DNA of 64,000 nucleotides from an uncultured Chloroflexia bacterium (GTDB lineage Bacteria; Chloroflexota; Anaerolineae; JAAYZQ01): NCBI GenBank assembly GCA_963701775.1, contig CAVPBH010000017.1, positions 128,729 to 192,728 of the forward strand, read 5' to 3'. Shown piece by piece: positions 8,834 to 17,445 of this stretch (position 1 is its first letter; each line of letters starts with the position of its first letter). The notes under the pieces were generated by a model. It saw only the letters and a program-made list of their open reading frames with translations, ran no database searches and was not told where the DNA came from. The position numbers and the translations under genes were made by a program.

Positions 8834-9394
8834 TCAGTCGCTCGGTGTGGTCTCCGGAGTGGTGCTCCCACCGCCCTGCTTTATGTACAGCACCGCCCGC
8901 TCGTCCATCGCCTGGACCACCTCCTCAAATCCAGCGAGCGTCAGAGAGCCTGGGTCCAGAGACAGGGTCAGTCGAAACACATACTCCTCATATTGAACGA
9001 CCGCCATGCAGTGCTGGGTGTCGCCATCCCAAAGCCCGCATTGCTGCTTCATGTAGTCGGCTTCCTGGCTCCGGTACGCCAGCTCGGAGGGAGTCGTCAA
9101 CTCCTTCACCCACCGATCGTCGAAGACAATCGACTCGTGCCACGCGATGCTGCGGGCGGCTCGCCGCGCGCTGTTGTACTGGTAGACGTTCTGGTGTCCC
9201 AGATCCGAGGGGGTGTAGAAGGCTCTCGCTGCGCGGTTGCATGAGCCACTCGGGCCGGGAGGATCATAGTCGCTGACCTCCACCACTTGCAGCGGGAAGG
9301 ATGCTCCCTCCAACAAGAGAGCCTCGATGGGGAAGGGGCGCTTCGGGCCGAAGTCGCAGCAGGCTCCTAGCGTCGACAGCAGAGCCAGCATCAT
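8834..9394 (-). CDS. putative lipoprotein; candidate immunity protein for RHS-CT at 9539-10621
   Basis: MMLALLSTLGACCDFG is a lipobox-like signal. Located directly downstream of the RHS-CT cassette. No recognisable enzymatic motif. Confidence 0.4.
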   Translation of the reverse strand: MMLALLSTLGACCDFGPKRPFPIEALLLEGASFPLQVVEVSDYDPPGPSGSCNRAARAFYTPSDLGHQNVYQYNSARRAARSIAWHESIVFDDRWVKELTTPSELAYRSQEADYMKQQCGLWDGDTQHCMAVVQYEEYVFRLTLSLDPGSLTLAGFEEVVQAMDERAVLYIKQGGGSTTPETTPSD

Positions 9395-9538
9395 GAGGAC
9401 ACACCGCCTTTCTGCGGCACGGCGCCGCCTGTCCCAGCGGAAGCGGTACCCGTGAAGGTACGTCACACTCACGTCCATGAGTAGCCTCCGTCCACCTGGT
9501 CTGGCGCCACATCAGGCAGCAGGATCACCTTGTCCATC

Positions 9539-10621
9539 TCAGTTGCCTCCGTCGAACCGGCCTGGACGGTAGGGCTCTTGCGCCGGCATGTAGTCGCCCG
9601 GTGCGGCGACCCGGCCGAACTGGCTGCCATGCTCGTAGCTCACCAGCAGTGCGCGGAACTCGCCGACCTTGACGTCGGAGCCGTAGTCCTCGTACAGCCG
9701 AATGCCGAACTCGATGGCATAGTAGTCGTCCTCCTGGTCAAAGAAGGAGGGCCGCCAGGGCCCCCTATCATCTTTGGGATCGTCCGAGTTGCGGTCATCC
9801 AAGAGCTGGGCGACTGAGGCGCCACCATGAAGCTCGACCGCGCTGAAGCCTGCTGCAGCGCCGGTGAAACCGTACAGCATGTTGCCGGGCGTTGAGTACT
9901 CGAACCAGGACTCGCCCAACTGAACAACCGGGCCTACTCTCTGCTCTATTGCATCCTTGAAGTCCCAGCGGGCGCCATCGTGGACCTGTTGGTACCACGC
10001 CGTCCACGCCAGGAGCTTCTGCTCGTGGCGATTGCACGATAGGATGAAGAGAACCAGCCAGGACGCGGCGTCCGCGTTGGCCTCCGCCACCAACGACTCG
10101 GTCAGGTCGCGGGCGTCCGGCACCTCCTCGTCGTCCGTACACGCCCCGGTGGGGCTGCATTCGTCGTGTCCAGAGGGATCGACGAGGCCCAGCGGGTTCC
10201 CGAGCACGTACGAGTATCGGTTCAGCGACTGCGGGTTCACCGGACTCGGCACAATCGTATCCGCTGACACCCACCGTGCCAGCATCGGGTCATACCACCG
10301 TGCCCCCATGTGATACAGCCCTGACGAGGCGTCCAGTAGCTGCCCGGTGAAACGGTAGTCCGTAGGGAGTCCCGTCCCCCCGCTGCGCATCGCCCCGTAC
10401 GGGTAGTAGCGGGTTGAGCCGTTGGCCACTACTGCCCCACTCGAGTTGGTCGCCAGGCTGGCGCTGCCCAGGCGGTCACCCAGCGCACGGACACTCGCGC
10501 AGTGCCGAGCCCGCTTCATTGACTGGAGCCCTCCTCCTCTGTAGCGCTGCCCACTGCCTTGGGCAGGGGATCTAGACACCCCTGTCAAGACTGAGACTTG
10601 GACCGACCCAAATGTCGGCAC
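9539..10621 (-). CDS. orphan RHS C-terminal cassette: RHS core end + unrecognised C-terminal (toxin) domain
   Basis: The core end reads RYYPYGAMRSGGTGLPTDYRFTGQLLDASSGLYHMGARWYDPMLARWVSADTIVPSPVNPQSLNRYSYVLGNPLGLVDPSGH. It is followed by a roughly 215-aa acidic tip (DECSPTGACTDDEE...NMLYGFTG...) with no motif I can assign. The GTG start overlaps the stop of the upstream lipoprotein gene (GTGA). Confidence 0.75.
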   Translation of the reverse strand: MPTFGSVQVSVLTGVSRSPAQGSGQRYRGGGLQSMKRARHCASVRALGDRLGSASLATNSSGAVVANGSTRYYPYGAMRSGGTGLPTDYRFTGQLLDASSGLYHMGARWYDPMLARWVSADTIVPSPVNPQSLNRYSYVLGNPLGLVDPSGHDECSPTGACTDDEEVPDARDLTESLVAEANADAASWLVLFILSCNRHEQKLLAWTAWYQQVHDGARWDFKDAIEQRVGPVVQLGESWFEYSTPGNMLYGFTGAAAGFSAVELHGGASVAQLLDDRNSDDPKDDRGPWRPSFFDQEDDYYAIEFGIRLYEDYGSDVKVGEFRALLVSYEHGSQFGRVAAPGDYMPAQEPYRPGRFDGGN

Positions 10622-11337
10622 TATCGGTTGACCCGGCGGAAATACTCAAGCCAGGCACCATCCAGGAAAGGGATCTTGTCTTGGTAATGACTCACAAAAC
10701 CATCAAAGGAGGTCGGAGGAAACAGGAACATGAACAGCATCTCAGCACCTATGTCTGGAGTTGGCCGAAGCGCTGACTCTAGGTTCGTTGGGTGCCGGAT
10801 CTGCAGGCCCGGAAAGTAGGCCGTTGCCGAGTCCCAGGCGGCGCTGATTGCCACGCCGCACTCGGCCCAAACGTAGATCTGGTCCGGCCCAACCAGTACA
10901 TCATACTGTCCGCGTCCCGGCACGTAGTCGTTGTTGACGTAAATGCTGTCCAGGGTCGGGCCAAGGATGTCGACCGCTTCCTGAAGGGTGTGCATCTGCC
11001 CATCTCGATCAGCAACGATCTGCACAATCCAACTGACGACTTCACTCTGGAAGAAGACACGGTCCTCGACTAGCTCTGACGCCACTCCTCCTTCCAGGGA
11101 GTAGCCGAAATATGAGGCCCGCCCATCCGTGAACTTGGCCATTCCCCTATGGTTCGGCTTTCCTACAAGCCTGAGCACGTCTCCTCGTGTCGATTTTCCA
11201 GGCACAAGTCCCCGCCAATCTAGGGTGGTGGGGCATCTAGCCTCAGGAGTTGGTAGTACCGGGCCTGATGGCGATGAACAGCCCCACGCCGACAGACAGA
11301 GAACGACAACGACCATCCTGACGCTTCTGAGGGTCAT
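10621..11337 (-). CDS. lipoprotein (candidate displaced immunity protein)
   Basis: MTLRSVRMVVVVLCLSAWGCSSPSG is a signal peptide with lipobox. 238 aa. Its stop overlaps the start of the downstream RHS-CT cassette, suggesting co-transcription. Confidence 0.5.
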   Translation of the reverse strand: MTLRSVRMVVVVLCLSAWGCSSPSGPVLPTPEARCPTTLDWRGLVPGKSTRGDVLRLVGKPNHRGMAKFTDGRASYFGYSLEGGVASELVEDRVFFQSEVVSWIVQIVADRDGQMHTLQEAVDILGPTLDSIYVNNDYVPGRGQYDVLVGPDQIYVWAECGVAISAAWDSATAYFPGLQIRHPTNLESALRPTPDIGAEMLFMFLFPPTSFDGFVSHYQDKIPFLDGAWLEYFRRVNR

Positions 11338-11642
11338 GCGTACTCCTCCCTACCGGACGTCCCAGTAGGTGTCAGTACCACCGCCGATGCTCACGCAAGG
11401 GTTGGATTGCAGCCACATTCCGATCCAACTCAGCCGCCAATCTCGCTGACCGCGGCCTTGCTGAAACACATCAGGGCTCAACATGAAAGCACTCACGAAC
11501 CGCGAAATCTCCTCGTTGGCCAATCTGTTGGGGGTGAACAGCAACCAGCCGTTGTCGATACCCAGACCAACCTGACGGAAAGGTCGTTTCATGGCTCGAT
11601 AGGTCTTCGTAATGCGAGTATCCACCGTCGTCGCAACGTGAG

Positions 11643-12555
11643 TCAACTCGAGAACCCCCGCACGTCGTCCACCACGATGCGCACCACGTACCAGGTGTTG
11701 GCTTGCAGGCCGGTCAGGAGGTCGGCCGGGTAGCGATAGCCGCTCCCGTCGTTGTACTGCACGGACAGCTTGCCGCTGCCCGCGATCACGCCGAAACGCC
11801 GGTAGGTGGCGTCGTTGGCCTCGATGGACACGTGAGCATTGGCGTCGGTTCGGCTCACCTTGAGGCGCACCTGCAGCCCCTGGCCGCTGCTCAGGCTGTA
11901 GCTGGTGCGGTAGAAGTGGGCGTCGTAGTTGCTGCCAGTGCCGCTGTTCTTGACCCAGTTGTTGGGCGCATCGGGCACCACCTGGTAGGCGCTCCACCAC
12001 CAGTTGGTGGTGTCCTTGCTCCCAAAGCCGTCCAAAAAGGTGAACTCCGAGGGCAGGGGCCACGCCGCTCGCGGCGGCAGGTGGCTCCTTGATCTGGGTG
12101 ACGTTGCCCGCCGGGTCGTAATTGTAGCGCAGGTCGATGAGCGGGGCGCCGCCGCTGCCGGTGGTGGCACGCAGGCGGTAGAGGCGCCCGAAGTTGGCCA
12201 GCCCGGAGCCGGGGCGGCTGTCCCACGCCCCGCCGGTGCCCCAGTAGCCCAAGCGTGTCTGAACGTTGTTGCCATAGGTCATCTGCGTCAACTGGCCCAG
12301 GGCGTCGTAGGCAAGCCCGGTGGCGTAGCTGAGGGCGTAGGTGGTGCTGCGCACCTCTGCCAGCTGCGCCGCAGCGTTGTAGGAATTCTGGACCACCTCC
12401 CCGCCGGGGTAGGTCATGGTCACCACCCGGTCCATCGCGTCGTAGCCCCATCCGGTGAGGAACGTCCCGCTGCCGGTGATGGACCGCCGCTCCTGGGTCA
12501 GCCGGCCGCCAACGTCGTCGTAGCTGTACACCGTCCAGCCGGAGCCGTCCTCCAT
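11643..12555 (-). pseudogene. RHS/YD-repeat fragment with lectin(LamG)-like domain, frameshifted near 12050-12080
   Basis: Frame 1 (12555 down to about 12075) has YD repeats: YSYDDVGGRLTQE, GYDAMDRVVTMTYPGG, YNYDPAGNVTQIKEP. Frame 2 (about 12075-11643) reads SEFTFLDGFGSKD...YVVRIVVDDVRGFSS. Beyond the shift, the annotated 11350-12555 ORF is nonsense. No toxin tip. A TGA lies immediately upstream of 12627. Confidence 0.6.
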
Positions 12556-12714
12556 CGCTCGTGCATACAGGTTCGACAGAGCCGAGAACTCACTGCTCCT
12601 CTCTTCCCAGCCATGCCAACGTTTCCCTCAACTACTCTAGCTCAGCTCATGCTAGGGTGAGATTCGAACCCTATCCATCATCGGCTACTCCCAACAGCAA
12701 ACACTGACTCAGTC

Positions 12715-12927
12715 CTATCTGGATGACCGTGCTGTCATGGAGAGTTTCTTGTCGAACCAGCCGTAGAAGACGGCTATGATGTTCGCTAGATTGTTCACAC
12801 CGCCAACTGCTTCGAAAAAGCGGCCTTCTACTCGGCAGACATACCAGTCTTTCTCGCTCGATTCCGCTTCAATTGCAGAAAAATCTTGATCTTCCAAGAA
12901 GGTACCATCCAACGAGATTCTCACCAT
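12715..12927 (-). CDS. small hypothetical protein (70 aa) in low-GC islet
   Basis: MVRISLDGTFLEDQDFSAIEAESSEKDWYVCRVEGRFF... About 48% GC versus about 65% flanks. Its ATG directly abuts the TGA of a 34-aa upstream ORF. Confidence 0.35.
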   Translation of the reverse strand: MVRISLDGTFLEDQDFSAIEAESSEKDWYVCRVEGRFFEAVGGVNNLANIIAVFYGWFDKKLSMTARSSR

Positions 12928-13032
12928 TCAGCCAGGATTGTCAAGTGATTCGACGGTGATACCTTCACCATGCTCCCAATCACCGTCGGCGAAATGAGAG
13001 AGGATGACTTGTAGTTTCTCGCTGCAATTCAT
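12928..13032 (-). CDS. very small ORF (34 aa), possibly translationally coupled to 12715-12927 or the N-terminal part of one protein interrupted by an in-frame TGA
   Basis: MNCSEKLQVILSHFADGDWEHGEGITVESLDNPG, then TGA followed immediately by ATG in the same frame. Confidence 0.25.
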   Translation of the reverse strand: MNCSEKLQVILSHFADGDWEHGEGITVESLDNPG

Positions 13033-13546
13033 GTCAGCACCTTTCTACAGCACCTTCCTGTCAGTGTGACATCTTTTGGCTCGATTACCGTCGTAGAGCC
13101 CACCGCCAGGGTTCGGCACGGGCTACCCCTCCGGGAATAGACCGTGAGTGAATGTACGGCGGCTCTACAAACTCGCCGGTCACCTTGTTGTAGTGCCCTC
13201 TGCCTGTCATATCCACACGGAGTTCCTCCACAAATCCCGATGGATTGCGAGGGCTGGGCTGGTGAGTCGCATAGAGGGGCGGCGACTATCGAGCTCAGAA
13301 CAAGAGACAGCGCCACCAGGAATCCGAGGCGCTTCGACCAGGTGGGGGACTGGGTCACGCGACTTATGGGTCTACCTCCTTTTTGCGGGCCAAGAAGACA
13401 AGCCCTGGATTCAAGGCACGATCCGATTCTGCCACCGATCCGCCGACAGGTCAAGTCAGACGCGCGGCGCTTGGCCTACGCGAGCCAGCCGCTGTGGCCG
13501 GCGAATACCAGCTATCGCAGCACGGGCTCCCCGGCATTGGAGCCGG

Positions 13547-13575
13547 TCAGGCGTCATGGTATAATCGCTCCCAGA
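13547..13575 (+). promoter_or_regulatory. promoter for M20 amidohydrolase gene (TTGGAG-17-TGgTATAAT)
   Basis: Extended -10 tggTATAAT at 13567-13575 and TTGGAG at 13547-13552. An RBS (aaggagg) precedes ATG 13607. Confidence 0.45.
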
Positions 13576-13606
13576 TGCAGCTTACCCTGGTCCAAGGAGG
13601 AACCAA

Positions 13607-14764
13607 ATGCTTGACCGTGCCCAAGCCCTTCAGGAGCAGTTGACGTCTTGGCGCCGGGATATCCACCAGAACCCGGAGCTCGGCTTCCGGGAGACGCGTA
13701 CCTCATCGCTGGTCGCCGGGGTGCTCCGATCCCTCGGCTACCGCGTGCGGACAGGCGTGGGCCGGACCGGCGTGGTGGGCGACCGGGGGGAAGGTCACCC
13801 GATCGTCGCAATCCGGGCCGACATGGATGCCCTGCCGATCCAGGAAGAGAACGATGTTCCCTACGCTTCCTGCGCTCCGGGGGTGATGCACGCCTGTGGC
13901 CACGATGCGCACACGGCCATCCTGCTGGGGGTGGCGACGTTGCTGGCGGAGGAACCCTTCCCCGGGACGCTGCGGCTCCTCTTCCAGCCTGCCGAGGAGG
14001 TCGCGGACGCCGAGGGACTGAGCGGGGCGCCGCGCATGGTGCAGGACGGTGCCATGGAGGGGGTCGATGCGGTGCTGGCGCTCCACGTCCATCCAGCAAG
14101 TCCGGTCGGAGAGGTCGAAGTCGACGCAGGTCCGGCCTCCGCCGGCGTCGATACCTTTTGGGCCCGCATCAGCGGGCATGGGGTGCACGGCGCCTATCCG
14201 CACAAGGGGATCGATCCGATCCACATCGCCGGGCACGTGATCCTTGCGCTGAATGCCATTGTCTCGCGCCGCGTGAACCCTCTCGATGCAGCGGTCATCA
14301 GCTTGGGCTCGATCCACGCCGGTCGGGCAGCCAACGTCATCCCGGAGACGGTCGAGCTCTCGGGCACGATCCGCTACCAGCAGCCCGAGGTGCAGAAGGT
14401 GCTGCACGCCGAGATCGCGCGGGCCTTGGAGGTGGCGCGTGCCCTCGGCGGGGACTATGAGTTGAGGCTGGAAGACGGCGGACCGCCGATGATCAACGAT
14501 CCGGCGGTGGTGGAGGTGATCCGGCAGGTCGCCGCCGACCTGCTCGGCAGGGAGAACGTCACGGTTCGCGAGCCGACGATGGGGGCAGAGGATTTCGGCC
14601 GGCTATCCTCCCTGGCGCCGGGCGCCATGTTCGGACTGGGGGCCAAGATCGAGGGAGAGGAGCGGAGGGGGCACAGCCCGACCTTTGACCTGGACGAGCG
14701 CTGCATGCCCGTCGGGGCTGCTGTGCTGGCCGAGACGGCGCTGCGGCTGCTGCGGCGGGCATGA
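13607..14764 (+). CDS. M20 family amidohydrolase (N-acyl-L-amino acid amidohydrolase / hippuricase-like)
   Basis: Metal-binding motifs are present (HACGHDAH, PAEE). 385 aa. Confidence 0.9.
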   Translation: MLDRAQALQEQLTSWRRDIHQNPELGFRETRTSSLVAGVLRSLGYRVRTGVGRTGVVGDRGEGHPIVAIRADMDALPIQEENDVPYASCAPGVMHACGHDAHTAILLGVATLLAEEPFPGTLRLLFQPAEEVADAEGLSGAPRMVQDGAMEGVDAVLALHVHPASPVGEVEVDAGPASAGVDTFWARISGHGVHGAYPHKGIDPIHIAGHVILALNAIVSRRVNPLDAAVISLGSIHAGRAANVIPETVELSGTIRYQQPEVQKVLHAEIARALEVARALGGDYELRLEDGGPPMINDPAVVEVIRQVAADLLGRENVTVREPTMGAEDFGRLSSLAPGAMFGLGAKIEGEERRGHSPTFDLDERCMPVGAAVLAETALRLLRRA

Positions 14765-14830
14765 CGTCCGGAAGAGGCTGAGAGCCGAGGTTCCGCCGAT
14801 GGCTTGATTGGTCACAACCGATATCGCGAT

Positions 14831-14880
14831 TTGACAGGCAAGAACATGTGTTCTATACTACGCATAGAACACATGTTCTC
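14831..14880 (+). promoter_or_regulatory. LexA(Cheo-type)-box controlled promoter: TTGACA-N5-GAACATGTGTTC-TATACT plus second box GAACACATGTTC
   Basis: -35 TTGACA at 14831-14836. Box 1 GAACATGTGTTC at 14843-14854, between -35 and -10. -10 TATACT at 14855-14860. Box 2 GAACACATGTTC at 14867-14878. Both fit the Gram-positive consensus GAAC-N4-GTTC. Confidence 0.6.
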
Positions 14881-14887
14881 TATTGCG

Positions 14888-15100
14888 ATGGAGGTGACCA
14901 TGAGAGAAGGGACGGTTCCGCTCCGCGATCTGCTCCGCAGCCGGCTGTTCTGGCTGTGTGCCGTGGCCATGGCACAAGGTATCCTCTTCGGGCTCTTTCC
15001 CCGGCTGCCGGCGAGCTTGGAGCTCGTGTTCGGGGTCGTGCTCGTTGTGCTGCTGGCCGGTGTGGTCAACCAGAAAGGGCAGCCGCAGTCTGGATCGTAG
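14888..15100 (+). CDS. small 2-TM membrane protein, putative SOS-induced (70 aa)
   Basis: MEVTMREGTVPLRDLLRSRLFWLCAVAMAQGILFGLFPRLPASLELVFGVVLVVLLAGVV. The ATG lies about 10 nt after LexA box 2. The annotated ORF 14804 start would lie upstream of the promoter. Confidence 0.5.
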   Translation: MEVTMREGTVPLRDLLRSRLFWLCAVAMAQGILFGLFPRLPASLELVFGVVLVVLLAGVVNQKGQPQSGS

Positions 15101-15168
15101 ACGCCCTGAGCTCGGCCGGGCTACTTCTTCCTGAGCAAGGAAATGTCGATGCCCAGGATCTCCATTTC

Positions 15169-15813
15169 TCACCCCCCTTGGGCGGCCCAATGCATCAGGA
15201 TTGCGCGGGCGGGCGCCCCTTCGGCGCCTTGGATGCGCAGCGGCAGGCAGACGAGGGTGTAGGCGCCCGGCATGACCGCGCTCAGGTTGAGGCCTTCCAC
15301 GACGATTACGCCGGCGCCCAGCAGCACCTGGTGGGGTGGAATCGGATCCTCGTAAGGAGATATGGAGAGATAGTCGATGCCCACCAGCTCCACGCCGCGC
15401 GCCACCAGCCACTGCGCCCCGTCCACCGTGATGCCCACGAACTGCTGGTGGAACCCGGTCTCCCCCTTCGCCCACAGAGCCGAGTTCCGGGTGCGGAAAA
15501 GAAGTCGCCCGAAGCCGACAGGGATATCCAGCCCCTCCAGAACCTCGGCCGATAGGGCGCCGGCATCGGGCACCTCGACCACCCACGCCAAACCGACCAG
15601 TGTTTCCAGGTCAATCTCGTCCACTGTCAGGCCACCCGGCACGAAATGGGCGGGCGCATCCACGTGCGTGCCCGTGTGCGTGCCCATCTGCAGCCGGGTG
15701 AGCGTCATCGGGTCGCCCCGATCCAGGTGCTGAACCTGCGTGACCTGCACCGGCGGATCGCCGGGCCAGACGGGAAGTTCCGGAGAGATTGGCACAGAGA
15801 TATCGTAGATCAT
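15169..15813 (-). CDS. cyclase family protein (kynurenine formamidase-like)
   Basis: MIYDISVPISPELPVWPGDPP...HTGTHVDAPAHF, the conserved cyclase His motif. Overlaps/abuts the upstream SDR gene (operon). Confidence 0.8.
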   Translation of the reverse strand: MIYDISVPISPELPVWPGDPPVQVTQVQHLDRGDPMTLTRLQMGTHTGTHVDAPAHFVPGGLTVDEIDLETLVGLAWVVEVPDAGALSAEVLEGLDIPVGFGRLLFRTRNSALWAKGETGFHQQFVGITVDGAQWLVARGVELVGIDYLSISPYEDPIPPHQVLLGAGVIVVEGLNLSAVMPGAYTLVCLPLRIQGAEGAPARAILMHWAAQGG

Positions 15814-15818
15814 GGTCT

Positions 15819-16535
15819 TCAGCTCAATCCGTAGACGGGTATGGCCGTCCCATAGATCCCGCGGGCGGCATCGGATGCCAGGAAGAGGATCACATCGGCC
15901 AGAGCCTCCGGCGTGACCCATCGGTTGGGGTCGGCCTTGGGCATGGACTCACGGTTCTCGGGTGTGTCGATCGTGCTCGGCATGACGCAGTTCACGTGGA
16001 TGCCGGCCCCCTTCAGCTCGGCGGACATTGCCTCGGTGAGCCGCAATACGGCGCTCTTGGCCGCGCTGTAGGGTCCCATCTTGGCCCCAGCCTGGAGGGC
16101 CGCCCGGGCAGAGACGTTCACGATCTTGCCGCTTCCCTGGCGCAGCATGGCCGGGACGACGGCGCGGCTGACGACGTAGACCGTGCGGGCGTTGATGTCG
16201 AGCATGAGATCCCATGCGTCTGGGGGCGTCTCGTGGAGCGGTGTGCCGCCCCGGTACCCGCCGGCTGCATTCACCAGCACGTCGATCCGGCCAAAACGGC
16301 GCAGCCCTTCGTCCACCATGGACTGCACCGCGTTCGGGTCGGTCAGATCGACCGAGGTGGCAAGGTAGTGGTCCGCCGAGCCGGCCAGGTCTGGGAAGAG
16401 GCGCGGCAGCCGGTCTGGCGCGCGGTCGGCCAGGATCAGCCTGGCGCCGGCGCGGCGGAAAGCATCGGCGACCGCCCTACCCAGGTTGCCGGCGGCGCCG
16501 GTCACAAGCACGACTTGCCGGGAAAAGTCGAACAT
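15819..16535 (-). CDS. SDR family oxidoreductase
   Basis: VLVTGAAGNLGRAV Rossmann motif. The catalytic YxxxK equivalent is YSAAK. Confidence 0.85.
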   Translation of the reverse strand: MFDFSRQVVLVTGAAGNLGRAVADAFRRAGARLILADRAPDRLPRLFPDLAGSADHYLATSVDLTDPNAVQSMVDEGLRRFGRIDVLVNAAGGYRGGTPLHETPPDAWDLMLDINARTVYVVSRAVVPAMLRQGSGKIVNVSARAALQAGAKMGPYSAAKSAVLRLTEAMSAELKGAGIHVNCVMPSTIDTPENRESMPKADPNRWVTPEALADVILFLASDAARGIYGTAIPVYGLS

Positions 16536-16728
16536 CGTTCCTCCTCAGGTACCCCATCGAGACTATATCATCGTCGAGGCGGAATCGCAAGCAGTCCCCA
16601 GGTGACACACCGGCTCTCTGGATTTGACTTGGGGCCTGTAATGTACTACCTCTATATGATGTAGTGTCGAAGGCCGGCTGCAAGAAATGATGCCGACAGC
16701 ACATCACCGCCGCAAAGGAGATGAGCCT

Positions 16729-17445
16729 ATGAGCACAGTCGTCGAGACGCAGGACCTTCACAAGCACTTTGGCGCCATCCACGCTGTAGACGGGCTGAGC
16801 CTGTCGGTGCAGGCCGGCGAGGTCTATGGCCTGCTGGGGCCCAACGGGTCGGGCAAGACGACGCTGATCCGGCTGCTCGTCGGCCTGTTGAAGCCCACCT
16901 CGGGCACGGCCTCGATCCTGGGCCGGGCCATGCCCGCCAAGGAGGTCCTGGCGCAGGTGGGCTACATGACCCAGGCGAGCGCGCTGTACGAAGATCTGAC
17001 CGTGCGCGAGAACGTCGCCTTCTTTGGCGAGATGTGCGGCGGCGCCTCGCGCGAGCAGATAGACGAGGCGATCGCGCTGGTCGGCCTGGCCGATCGGGCC
17101 GGCAGCCTGGTGCGCACCGTGTCGGGAGGCATGCGCCAGCGGACGTCGCTGGCCTGCGCCCTGGTGCACCAGCCGCACCTGCTATTGCTGGACGAGCCCA
17201 CGGTGGGCATCGACCCGCAGCTAAGGGCCACTTTCTGGTCCTACTTCCGGCAGTTGGCGGCGGGCGGAACGACGCTGATCATCTCCAGCCATGCCATGGA
17301 CGAGGCAGAGCGGTGCGACAGGTTGGGGTTTGTGCGCCAGGGCAAGCTCCTGGCGCAGGGGTCGGCGGCCGAGCTCCGCGCGCAGGCCGGGACGGCCACC
17401 CTGGAAGAGGCTTTCCTCCGCTATGCCGAAGGAGGCGTCCAATGA
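16729..17445 (+). CDS. ABC transporter ATP-binding protein (ABC-2 exporter type)
   Basis: Walker A GPNGSGKTT, signature SGGMRQR, Walker B LLLLDEP. ATGA overlap with the permease gene. Confidence 0.9.
   Translation: MSTVVETQDLHKHFGAIHAVDGLSLSVQAGEVYGLLGPNGSGKTTLIRLLVGLLKPTSGTASILGRAMPAKEVLAQVGYMTQASALYEDLTVRENVAFFGEMCGGASREQIDEAIALVGLADRAGSLVRTVSGGMRQRTSLACALVHQPHLLLLDEPTVGIDPQLRATFWSYFRQLAAGGTTLIISSHAMDEAERCDRLGFVRQGKLLAQGSAAELRAQAGTATLEEAFLRYAEGGVQ

Noticed and set aside
11350-11642. The 3' third of annotated ORF 11350-12555 as real coding sequence.
   Set aside because: After about 12070 the translation becomes Arg/Gln/Pro-rich nonsense, while the alternate frame (11643-12275) continues a lectin-like domain. 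The long ORF is a frame-fusion artefact.
12637-12672. Possible tRNA gene (TAGCTCAGC D-arm-like and GATTCGAACC T-loop-like strings).
   Set aside because: The two motifs are in opposite orientations relative to each other and no cloverleaf can be drawn. They are better explained as tRNA remnants at an island boundary than as a functional tRNA.
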